32,000 nucleotides of DNA, from the NCBI RefSeq assembly GCF_000195955.2, contig NC_000962.3, positions 1,800,001 to 1,832,000 of the forward strand. The letters are read 5' to 3'. A program made the position numbers and the translations under genes. Below, piece by piece: positions 13,172 through 21,693 of the stretch; position 1 is the first letter of the stretch; every line of letters begins with the position of its first letter. The notes beneath the pieces are model-generated. The model was given only the letters and a program-made list of their open reading frames with translations, did no database searches and was not told where the DNA came from. The DNA is from Mycobacterium tuberculosis H37Rv. GTDB lineage: Bacteria > Actinomycetota > Actinomycetes > Mycobacteriales > Mycobacteriaceae.

Positions 13172-14577
13172 TGCGGATGTTGCCCAGCTATATCCCCAGC
13201 CCACCGCGCGGGGTTTGGTACCTGGGCCCGCTACCCGTCCGCGCCTACGCAGTTTGCGTTATCACCGGCATCATTGTCGCACTGCTGATCGGGGATCGCC
13301 GGTTGACAGCCCGCGGCGGCGAGCGCGGCATGACCTACGACATCGCCTTGTGGGCCGTGCCTTTCGGCCTGATTGGCGGCAGGCTCTATCACCTGGCTAC
13401 CGACTGGCGGACATATTTCGGTGACGGTGGTGCCGGGCTGGCCGCGGCACTGCGAATCTGGGATGGGGGCCTGGGCATCTGGGGTGCGGTAACCCTTGGT
13501 GTCATGGGCGCGTGGATTGGCTGCCGGCGTTGTGGAATCCCGCTGCCCGTCTTGCTTGATGCGGTGGCGCCTGGTGTCGTGTTGGCGCAGGCTATCGGTC
13601 GGCTCGGAAACTACTTCAATCAAGAGCTCTACGGCCGGGAAACCACTATGCCGTGGGGTTTGGAGATCTTCTACCGCCGGGACCCCTCCGGATTCGACGT
13701 CCCGAATTCGCTGGACGGCGTCTCGACGGGTCAGGTGGCGTTCGTCGTGCAGCCAACGTTCCTCTACGAATTGATCTGGAATGTTTTGGTATTCGTCGCA
13801 TTGATCTACATTGACCGCCGGTTCATCATCGGCCACGGGCGACTGTTTGGGTTCTATGTCGCTTTCTACTGCGCCGGGCGATTCTGTGTTGAGCTGCTGC
13901 GTGACGATCCCGCCACGCTTATTGCCGGCATCCGGATCAATTCGTTCACGTCCACCTTCGTGTTTATCGGGGCCGTGGTGTACATCATCTTGGCGCCGAA
14001 GGGGCGCGAGGCTCCTGGGGCCCTGCGTGGCAGCGAGTATGTTGTTGATGAGGCGCTGGAACGTGAACCGGCTGAACTCGCCGCCGCTGCTGTGGCCTCC
14101 GCTGCGAGCGCTGTGGGGCCGGTTGGCCCGGGGGAACCGAACCAACCCGACGATGTGGCGGAAGCGGTGAAAGCCGAAGTCGCCGAGGTCACCGATGAAG
14201 TGGCCGCGGAATCCGTTGTCCAAGTAGCAGACCGGGATGGTGAGTCAACCCCCGCTGTCGAGGAGACCTCCGAAGCCGATATCGAGCGGGAACAACCGGG
14301 CGACCTCGCGGGCCAGGCGCCAGCCGCGCACCAGGTCGACGCCGAAGCTGCATCGGCCGCGCCCGAGGAGCCGGCAGCGTTGGCTTCGGAGGCACACGAC
14401 GAAACCGAGCCCGAGGTGCCCGAGAAGGCGGCGCCCATCCCCGATCCGGCCAAGCCGGATGAATTGGCGGTCGCCGGACCTGGGGACGACCCTGCTGAGC
14501 CGGACGGCATTCGACGGCAAGACGATTTCAGCTCGAGACGCCGCCGTTGGTGGCGGCTTCGACGGCGTCGACAATGA
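13168..14577 (+). CDS. lgt: Prolipoprotein diacylglyceryl transferase with long C-terminal extension
   Basis: 469 aa; GRLYHL, GGLGIWGAV, IGRLGNYFNQELYGRETTMPWG (Lgt signature). ATGA overlap with trpA; an alternative ATG at 13171 is equally possible. Confidence 0.95.
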   Translation: MMRMLPSYIPSPPRGVWYLGPLPVRAYAVCVITGIIVALLIGDRRLTARGGERGMTYDIALWAVPFGLIGGRLYHLATDWRTYFGDGGAGLAAALRIWDGGLGIWGAVTLGVMGAWIGCRRCGIPLPVLLDAVAPGVVLAQAIGRLGNYFNQELYGRETTMPWGLEIFYRRDPSGFDVPNSLDGVSTGQVAFVVQPTFLYELIWNVLVFVALIYIDRRFIIGHGRLFGFYVAFYCAGRFCVELLRDDPATLIAGIRINSFTSTFVFIGAVVYIILAPKGREAPGALRGSEYVVDEALEREPAELAAAAVASAASAVGPVGPGEPNQPDDVAEAVKAEVAEVTDEVAAESVVQVADRDGESTPAVEETSEADIEREQPGDLAGQAPAAHQVDAEAASAAPEEPAALASEAHDETEPEVPEKAAPIPDPAKPDELAVAGPGDDPAEPDGIRRQDDFSSRRRRWWRLRRRRQ

Positions 14578-15252
14578 CGACCCACGACGGCACTGCCTGG
14601 TCGCCGGTGCTGGACTCAATAGACCGCCGATCGGGCGGCCGTTGCCGCAGCCGGAACGATGCGCCGACGAAGTTCCCGGTCACAAAATGGCCACCGGCTG
14701 GAACGGTAATCAGCCGAACCCCGACGCGCTTACGAGCCAGACCACTAAGCCCAGTAGGCTAGCAAGCCCGGCAGGTTCCATATTTTTTCGCAACCCGGAC
14801 GCGCACGCGACGCCGGGGCGCTGCCTCCGATGCCCGACCGCCACATGAATATCTGTCCGTACCGCTCTTTCGTCACGTCCGCAACACTGGCCTTCGCCGT
14901 CGGCGATGGTCGCTGTGCCCAGCTAAGCGCGACAACTCGGTTTCTGCAGGTCAACGCCCGCCTCCAATCCCGCACAGCCGCGACCAACTCGGGAACAAAA
15001 CCGCCGGTCAGGCAGCTGTCGCTGAGAGCCGGGCACATCGGGTGTCGCCCGGTGCAGTGACACATGTGAGAGTTGTGGCCGTGCGATGTGCCCGACCCTC
15101 GGTGCGCACCAATTTGAGCCAACTCAGGAAATGAATCTCTGAGCGGAGGTGCACCGGTTGCCCGCCTCACAACGACATGCTGAGGCGCACACGGTCGCTC
15201 GCAGCCGGGCACAACGAACACTCCTGCTCTGCCGCGCCGATGTTGGGAACGC

Positions 15253-15693
15253 ATGGGCCTACGGCCGGCACGGGTCGTGCGCCCGGCTCGATCTGGCATG
15301 CTGAAAGGCGTGACCGATCCCCTGCAGCACGGTGCCTTCGAGCCGGGCTGGCAATCCGCACCACCCGGATATCCACCGCCTTATCCGCAATATCCGGGGC
15401 CTGGCTCTTACTTTGACCCGTTCGCGCCATATGGTCGCCATCCGGTCACCGGCCAACCATTTTCCGACAAATCGAAGACTGTTGCCGGCCTGTTGCAGTT
15501 GCTTGGACTGTTCGGCATCGCCGGGATCGGGCGAATCTACCTGGGCCATACCGGCCTGGGCATCGCGCAGCTGCTGGTGGGCTGGGTGACGTGCGGTTTG
15601 GGCGCCGTCATCTGGGGCGTCATTGACGCCCTGCTGATATTGACCGACAAAGTCGGCGACCCTTGGGGTCGTCCCTTGCGCGATGGAAGCTAG
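15253..15693 (+). CDS. TM2-domain small membrane protein with proline/glycine-rich N-terminus
   Basis: 146 aa; PPGYPPPYPQYPG followed by DKSKTVAGLLQLLGLFGIAGIGRIYLGHTGLGIAQLLVGWVTCGLGAVIWGVIDAL, a TM2 pattern. The true start may be internal (15298 or 15310). Confidence 0.8.
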   Translation: MGLRPARVVRPARSGMLKGVTDPLQHGAFEPGWQSAPPGYPPPYPQYPGPGSYFDPFAPYGRHPVTGQPFSDKSKTVAGLLQLLGLFGIAGIGRIYLGHTGLGIAQLLVGWVTCGLGAVIWGVIDALLILTDKVGDPWGRPLRDGS

Positions 15694-16081
15694 CGGGCGT
15701 CAACGTCGCTACGCCGCGGCCGGTTCGGTCGTGCTATTGGCCGGCGCGCTTGGCTACATCGGACTTGTCGACCCGCACAACTCGAATTCGCTATATCCAC
15801 CGTGCCTATTCAAGTTGCTTACGGGCTGGAACTGCCCCGCGTGCGGGGGTCTGCGGATGATCCACGATCTGCTACACGGTGAGCTGGCGGCCAGCATCAA
15901 CGACAATGTCTTTCTGCTTGTCGGCGTCCCAGTGCTGGCCAGTTGGGTCCTGCTGCGCCGCCGCCACGGCGACTTGGCGCTCCCGATACCGGTGATGATT
16001 GCTGTGGCGGTCGCGGTGATCGCGTGGACGGTGCTGCGCAACCTGCCAGGCTTCCCGTTAGTGCCGACGATCAGCGGATAG
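15683..16081 (+). CDS. DUF2752-family membrane protein
   Basis: 132 aa; CLFKLLTGWNCPACGGLRMIHDLLHGE matches the DUF2752 CPxCG motif. Start overlaps the end of the upstream ORF. Confidence 0.85.
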   Translation: MEASGRQRRYAAAGSVVLLAGALGYIGLVDPHNSNSLYPPCLFKLLTGWNCPACGGLRMIHDLLHGELAASINDNVFLLVGVPVLASWVLLRRRHGDLALPIPVMIAVAVAVIAWTVLRNLPGFPLVPTISG

Positions 16082-16188
16082 CCGCGCCTACCCGCGGTCT
16101 GGTTGGCTGGGCTGCCCGCGGTGGTGTTGACCGGTGTGCCGACCCGGCGGTGCCGGCCCTACCGCCGTCGCGACTATGCTGAGTCGTC

Positions 16189-17607
16189 GTGACGAGACGC
16201 GGGAAAATCGTCTGCACTCTCGGGCCGGCCACCCAGCGGGACGACCTGGTCAGAGCGCTGGTCGAGGCCGGAATGGACGTCGCCCGAATGAACTTCAGCC
16301 ACGGCGACTACGACGATCACAAGGTCGCCTATGAGCGGGTCCGGGTAGCCTCCGACGCCACCGGGCGCGCGGTCGGCGTGCTCGCCGACCTGCAGGGCCC
16401 GAAGATCAGGTTGGGACGCTTCGCCTCCGGGGCCACCCACTGGGCCGAAGGCGAAACCGTCCGGATCACCGTGGGCGCCTGCGAGGGCAGCCACGATCGG
16501 GTGTCCACCACCTACAAGCGGCTAGCCCAGGACGCGGTGGCCGGTGACCGGGTGCTGGTCGACGACGGCAAAGTCGCATTGGTGGTCGACGCCGTCGAGG
16601 GCGACGACGTGGTCTGCACCGTCGTCGAAGGCGGCCCGGTCAGCGACAACAAGGGCATCTCGTTGCCCGGAATGAACGTGACCGCGCCGGCCCTGTCGGA
16701 GAAGGACATCGAGGATCTCACGTTCGCGCTGAACCTCGGCGTCGACATGGTGGCGCTTTCCTTCGTCCGCTCCCCGGCCGATGTCGAACTGGTCCACGAG
16801 GTGATGGATCGGATCGGGCGACGGGTGCCGGTGATCGCCAAGCTGGAGAAGCCGGAAGCCATCGACAATCTCGAAGCGATCGTGCTGGCGTTCGACGCCG
16901 TCATGGTCGCTCGGGGCGACCTAGGTGTTGAGCTGCCGCTCGAAGAGGTCCCGCTGGTACAGAAGCGAGCCATCCAGATGGCCCGGGAGAACGCCAAGCC
17001 GGTCATTGTGGCGACCCAGATGCTCGACTCGATGATCGAGAACTCGCGGCCGACCCGAGCTGAGGCCTCCGACGTCGCCAACGCGGTGCTCGATGGCGCC
17101 GACGCGCTGATGCTGTCCGGGGAAACCTCGGTAGGGAAGTACCCCCTTGCTGCGGTCCGGACAATGTCGCGCATCATCTGCGCGGTCGAGGAGAACTCCA
17201 CGGCCGCACCGCCGTTGACACACATTCCCCGGACCAAGCGTGGGGTCATCTCGTATGCGGCCCGTGACATCGGCGAACGACTCGACGCCAAGGCCTTGGT
17301 GGCCTTCACTCAGTCCGGTGATACCGTGCGGCGACTGGCCCGCCTGCATACCCCGCTGCCGCTGCTGGCCTTCACCGCGTGGCCCGAGGTGCGCAGCCAA
17401 CTGGCGATGACCTGGGGCACCGAGACGTTCATCGTGCCGAAGATGCAGTCCACCGATGGCATGATCCGCCAGGTCGACAAATCGCTGCTCGAACTCGCCC
17501 GCTACAAGCGTGGTGACTTGGTGGTCATCGTCGCGGGTGCGCCGCCAGGCACAGTGGGTTCGACCAACCTGATCCACGTGCACCGGATCGGGGAAGATGA
17601 CGTCTAG
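16189..17607 (+). CDS. pykA: Pyruvate kinase
   Basis: 472 aa, GTG start. RRGKIVCTLGPATQ, MVARGDLGVELPLEEVPLVQK, ATQMLDSMIENSRPTRAEASDVANAVLDGADALMLSGET. Confidence 0.97.
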   Translation: MTRRGKIVCTLGPATQRDDLVRALVEAGMDVARMNFSHGDYDDHKVAYERVRVASDATGRAVGVLADLQGPKIRLGRFASGATHWAEGETVRITVGACEGSHDRVSTTYKRLAQDAVAGDRVLVDDGKVALVVDAVEGDDVVCTVVEGGPVSDNKGISLPGMNVTAPALSEKDIEDLTFALNLGVDMVALSFVRSPADVELVHEVMDRIGRRVPVIAKLEKPEAIDNLEAIVLAFDAVMVARGDLGVELPLEEVPLVQKRAIQMARENAKPVIVATQMLDSMIENSRPTRAEASDVANAVLDGADALMLSGETSVGKYPLAAVRTMSRIICAVEENSTAAPPLTHIPRTKRGVISYAARDIGERLDAKALVAFTQSGDTVRRLARLHTPLPLLAFTAWPEVRSQLAMTWGTETFIVPKMQSTDGMIRQVDKSLLELARYKRGDLVVIVAGAPPGTVGSTNLIHVHRIGEDDV

Positions 17608-17614
17608 CCGGGTC

Positions 17615-18517
17615 GTGCCGGACGGTAAACCCATGTCCGACTTCGATGAACTACTGGCGGTATTGGACCTCAACGCCGTCGCAAGCGACCTGTTCACCGG
17701 ATCCCACCCCAGCAAAAACCCGCTCCGGACATTTGGTGGCCAGCTCATGGCGCAGTCATTCGTCGCGAGCAGCCGAACGCTAACCCGCCACCACCTACCG
17801 CCCAGCGCATTCTCGGTGCACTTCATCAACGGCGGTGACACGGCCAAGGACATCGAGTTCCAGGTGATACGACTGCGCGATGAGCGGCGCTTCGCCAACC
17901 GGCGCGTCGATGCGGTACAGGACGGCACGTTGCTGTCCTCGGCGATGGTGTCTTACATGGCCGGTGGTCGCGGGCACGAGCATGCGCTGGATCCGCCGCA
18001 GGTGGCCGAGCCTCATACCCGGCCGCCGATCGGTGAGCTGTTGCGCGGTTACGAGGAGACCGTCCCGCATTTTGTCAACGCGCTGCAACCGATCGAATGG
18101 CGCTACGCCAACGACCCGGCCTGGATAATGCGGGACAAGGGCGATCGGCTTGCCTACAACCGGGTCTGGGTCAAGGCACTAGGGGAGATGCCCGACGACC
18201 CGGTGCTGCACACGGCGACACTGTTGTACTCCTCGGACACCACCGTGCTGGACTCGGTCATTACCACCCATGGTCTGTCCTGGGGCTTCGATCGCATCTT
18301 TGCGGCCTCTGCCAACCACTCGGTGTGGTTTCACCGGCAGGTCAACTTCGATGATTGGGTGCTCTACTCGACGTCGTCACCGGTGGCCGCCGATTCACGT
18401 GGGTTGGGTTCGGGGCACTTTTTTGATCGCTCGGGGAAGCTCATCGCAACTGTGGTGCAGGAAGGTGTGTTGAAGTATTTTCCCGCCACCCCTGACAGTG
18501 CGGCAGGACGCTCGTAG
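17615..18517 (+). CDS. tesB1: Acyl-CoA thioesterase II
   Basis: Double hotdog thioesterase pattern: RTFGGQLMAQSFVA, LPPSAFSVHFINGGD, WVKALGEMPDDPVLHTATLLYSSD, SLDHSVWFHR-like ASANHSVWFHR. Start uncertain (17597, 17615 or 17633). Confidence 0.9.
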   Translation: MPDGKPMSDFDELLAVLDLNAVASDLFTGSHPSKNPLRTFGGQLMAQSFVASSRTLTRHHLPPSAFSVHFINGGDTAKDIEFQVIRLRDERRFANRRVDAVQDGTLLSSAMVSYMAGGRGHEHALDPPQVAEPHTRPPIGELLRGYEETVPHFVNALQPIEWRYANDPAWIMRDKGDRLAYNRVWVKALGEMPDDPVLHTATLLYSSDTTVLDSVITTHGLSWGFDRIFAASANHSVWFHRQVNFDDWVLYSTSSPVAADSRGLGSGHFFDRSGKLIATVVQEGVLKYFPATPDSAAGRS

Positions 18518-18574
18518 GATTCCGGGTCAGCACGGCTGTGATCAGGCGTAACGTTCCTGGTAGCCAGATGACCG

Positions 18575-20029
18575 ATGGTGGCAGCGGCCGGCGAGCCGCT
18601 GAATTGCCAGCGAGCGAACCCGGAGGTGACTGTGAAGCTGCCGTCGGCCGATGTGGTACCGAGGCTCCGTGGTCGCCAGCGTGTAGTCGTGCACGTCGAT
18701 TCCCGCACGGCCCGCTGTGTCGGCGCGCTGGCGCTGGTGTGCGCGGCCTGCTGGCTGATCGCGCTGCTCGCCGGCGACTACCGGCACGCCCAGTGGGCGG
18801 TCGCCGGCCGGTTGGGCTGGTCGCTGACGGTCCTGGCTGCGGTGGCATTCATTGCTCGCGGCATCTTCCTGGGCCGCCCGGTCACGGCCATGCATGCGAC
18901 CGCGGCCGGCCTATTTTTGCTCGCCGGACTGGCTGCCCACGTGTTGGTCGCAGATCTGCTCGGTGAGATTCTGATAGCCGGTTCGGGATGGGCACTGATG
19001 TGGCCGACGTCGGCGCATCCGCGACCCGAAGATCTGCCCCGCGTGTGGGCGTTGATCAATGCCACCCGCGCGGACTCGCTTGCTCCGTTTGCCATGCAGG
19101 CGGGCAAGAGCCATCACTTCAGCGCGGCCGGCACCGCGGCTCTGGCGTATCGGACCCGTATCGGCTATGCGGTGGTCAGCGGCGACCCGATCGGCGACGA
19201 GGCGCAATTCCCCCAGCTGGTCGCCGACTTCGCGGCCATGTGTCACATGCACGGCTGGCGAATCGTGGTCGTGGGCTGCAGCGAACGACGGCTCGGCCTG
19301 TGGAGCGACCCCATGGTGGTCGGACAATCGTTGCGGCCCATACCGATTGGCCGGGATGTCGTCATCGACGTGTCTAACTTTGAGATGACCGGGCGTAGGT
19401 TTCGCAACCTGCGTCAGGCGGTGAAACGCACCCACAATTTCGGCGTCACGACCGAGATCGTCGCTGAACAGCAACTCGACGACCAGCGGCAGGCGGAGCT
19501 GGCCGAGGTGCTGGCGGCGTCACCTAGCGGCGCCCGCACCGATCGCGGCTTTTGCATGAACCTGGACGGCGTGCTGGAGGGTCGATACCCCGGAATACAA
19601 CTGATCATCGCGCGAGACGCATCGGGTCGGGTGCAGGGTTTCCACCGGTACGCGACCGCCGGCGGCGGCAGCGACATGTCTCTGGATGTACCGTGGCGGC
19701 GCCGCGGGGCCCCGAACGGGATCGATGAGCGGCTCAGCGCTGACATGATTGCGGCCGCCAAAGATGCTGGGGTACAACGGTTGTCACTGGCATTCGCCGC
19801 GTTCCCCGACCTTTTCGGCGCCAACCAGCTCGGCCGCCTGCAGCGTGTCTGCCGTGCGTTGATCCATATCCTCGATCCGTTGATCGCTCTCGAGTCGTTA
19901 TACCGATACCTGCGCAAGTTCCACGCGCTGGATGAGCGGCGTTACGTGCTGATATCGATGACTCAGGTCTTTGCGCTGGCGTTGGTGTTGTTGTCGCTGG
20001 AGTTCGTCCCGCGGCGGCGACATCTCTGA
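18575..20029 (+). CDS. Membrane protein with C-terminal MprF/LysX-type (DUF2156-like) aminoacyl-phosphatidylglycerol transferase-like domain
   Basis: 484 aa; N-terminal TM segments, then SHHFSAAGTAALAYRTRIGYAVVSGDPIGDEAQF and the following region resemble the MprF C-terminal GNAT-fold domain. Family assignment by eye. Confidence 0.75.
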   Translation: MVAAAGEPLNCQRANPEVTVKLPSADVVPRLRGRQRVVVHVDSRTARCVGALALVCAACWLIALLAGDYRHAQWAVAGRLGWSLTVLAAVAFIARGIFLGRPVTAMHATAAGLFLLAGLAAHVLVADLLGEILIAGSGWALMWPTSAHPRPEDLPRVWALINATRADSLAPFAMQAGKSHHFSAAGTAALAYRTRIGYAVVSGDPIGDEAQFPQLVADFAAMCHMHGWRIVVVGCSERRLGLWSDPMVVGQSLRPIPIGRDVVIDVSNFEMTGRRFRNLRQAVKRTHNFGVTTEIVAEQQLDDQRQAELAEVLAASPSGARTDRGFCMNLDGVLEGRYPGIQLIIARDASGRVQGFHRYATAGGGSDMSLDVPWRRRGAPNGIDERLSADMIAAAKDAGVQRLSLAFAAFPDLFGANQLGRLQRVCRALIHILDPLIALESLYRYLRKFHALDERRYVLISMTQVFALALVLLSLEFVPRRRHL

Positions 20030-21693
20030 TCCGTCGCTATGGACAGCTCGGCGCATTGAATGTCGTTGGGCAGGTGGTGGGTGGCTACCACCACGGTCCG
20101 CATAGCGCTCATGATCCCGGAGTTCGGGGCCAGCAGATCGCGCAGAAGGTCGGCGTTGGCGGCGTCGAGGTGTTCGACAGGTTCGTCGAGCAACACGATC
20201 CGAGCCGGGGAAAGCACCGCCCGGGCGAGCAGCAACCTTCTGCGCTGACCCGCCGAGACCGCTTGCGCGCCACCGATCAACACCGTCGACAACCCCTCGG
20301 GCAGGCCGGCGAGCCAGCCGCACAGGCCGACCCGATCCAGGGCCTCGATCAGTTCGTCATCGGGGCAGTCTCCTCGGGCGGTCAGCAAGTTGTCCCGAAC
20401 GGTGGTAGCAAAGATATGCGCATCTTCAGCGAAAAAGCTGACAGCGCTGCGTAATTCATCCTCATCGAAGTCGCTCAGGTTAGTTCCGTCCAGCAACACC
20501 CGGCCGTGCACCGGCGGCAGCAAGCCGGCCAGCGTCATCAACAGCGTCGTCTTGCCGGCGCCGCTCGCGCCGGTGACGGCCAGCCGGGCACCCGGCGGTA
20601 GGTCAATCGTCACCCGGATCGACTGCGCCTCTTGGTGACCGCAACACACGTCGGCCGCTAGCACCCCGGTACCTACCGGCAGTCGCGCCGACACCGTGGA
20701 TTCGGTCTCGCGGACCCGGTTTGACCCAGTCAGGTCGAGCAGACGAGCCGCCGCGATGCGCGACCGTGTCAACTGGACGGCGGCGGCGGGTAGTGCAACG
20801 GTCGCCTCGAATGCGGACAGCGGCAACAACATCAGGATGGCCAGTGTTGTGGGCGCGACCGTGGGGGCCATGCCGATCCCGGCCACCACGGCGCCCAGCA
20901 GGCTGGCCCCGATCGCCGCGGTCGGCATGGCCTCGGCGATCGCCCCCGTTCGTGCGGCGGCGTCGAGCGCATCGGCCCAGGCATGTTGGCGCCGTTGTGA
21001 GTCGGCGATGACGTTGCGTAGGGCACCGGCGACACGAAGCTCGGGGGCATGCTCAAGGGCGATCATCGCCGACGTGTCGCGCATGCCCCGATGTTGGCGG
21101 GCGATCGCTTCCTGCGCTGCGGCGGTTCTGCCGGCAAGCCAGGGCGCAACAACGCCGGCAACCAAAAGGCAGACCGCCAGTACCACGGCGGCTGGCACCG
21201 AAACGGCCGCGACGACCGCGGTCGCGGCTACTGCCAGCACCGCTGCGACGGCTATCGGCACCAGAGCACGCACCAGCATGTTGGCCAGTTCGTCGACGTC
21301 CGCGCCGACGCGTGCTGCCAGGTCCCCGCTGTGCAGCCCGACGGCGGCCGCCGCCGGTCCGTGGGCCAGCCGGTGATAGATAAGGGTGCGGGCCCGGCCG
21401 GCGGCCCGCAACGCGGTGTCGTGGGTGGCCAGTCGCTCGCAGTAGTGCAGCACGCCGCGCGAAATCGCGAACGCCCGCACCGCCACGACCGCCACCGACA
21501 GGTCCAGGACGGGCGGCATCTGCCAGGCCCGAGTGATCAGCCAGGCCGACACCCCGGCCAGGGCCAGCGCGCTGCCCAGCGACAGCACGCCCAGCGCGAC
21601 GGCCGCCAAGATCCGGGGCAACCGGGGACCCAACAGCCCAGACGCGGCCAGCAGGTCCCGCTGGCGGCGACTCACAGCACTCGGTCGGTTCAT
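19963..21693 (-). CDS. cydC: ABC transporter CydC, cytochrome bd assembly
   Basis: 576 aa; TM domain plus ATPase with Walker A GASGAGKTTLL, signature VSAGQRRRLLLARAV, Walker B IVLLDEPVEHLDA. Adjacent to cydD. Confidence 0.92.
   Translation of the reverse strand: MNRPSAVSRRQRDLLAASGLLGPRLPRILAAVALGVLSLGSALALAGVSAWLITRAWQMPPVLDLSVAVVAVRAFAISRGVLHYCERLATHDTALRAAGRARTLIYHRLAHGPAAAAVGLHSGDLAARVGADVDELANMLVRALVPIAVAAVLAVAATAVVAAVSVPAAVVLAVCLLVAGVVAPWLAGRTAAAQEAIARQHRGMRDTSAMIALEHAPELRVAGALRNVIADSQRRQHAWADALDAAARTGAIAEAMPTAAIGASLLGAVVAGIGMAPTVAPTTLAILMLLPLSAFEATVALPAAAVQLTRSRIAAARLLDLTGSNRVRETESTVSARLPVGTGVLAADVCCGHQEAQSIRVTIDLPPGARLAVTGASGAGKTTLLMTLAGLLPPVHGRVLLDGTNLSDFDEDELRSAVSFFAEDAHIFATTVRDNLLTARGDCPDDELIEALDRVGLCGWLAGLPEGLSTVLIGGAQAVSAGQRRRLLLARAVLSPARIVLLDEPVEHLDAANADLLRDLLAPNSGIMSAMRTVVVATHHLPNDIQCAELSIATDQRCRRRGTNSSDNNTNASAKT

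Noticed and set aside
13231-14223. 330-aa minus-strand ORF antisense to lgt
   Set aside because: Shadow frame opposite the Lgt signature region; no protein family evidence.
15057-15068. Shared short string GTGACACATGT near 15057 and near 26577 as a possible regulatory site
   Set aside because: Only an 11-mer; it does not match the CRP consensus TGTGAn6TCACA, and the second copy overlaps the start codon of the DUF308-like gene. Too weak to call.
14745-15299. 184-aa minus-strand ORF in the lgt-TM2 intergenic region
   Set aside because: No recognisable domain, Arg/Ala/Pro-rich shadow-like composition, extends over the TM2 ORF start. High-GC DNA produces such ORFs by chance.
16921-17928. 335-aa minus-strand ORF antisense to pykA/tesB1
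   Set aside because: Overlaps two convincing enzymes completely; no coherent domain.
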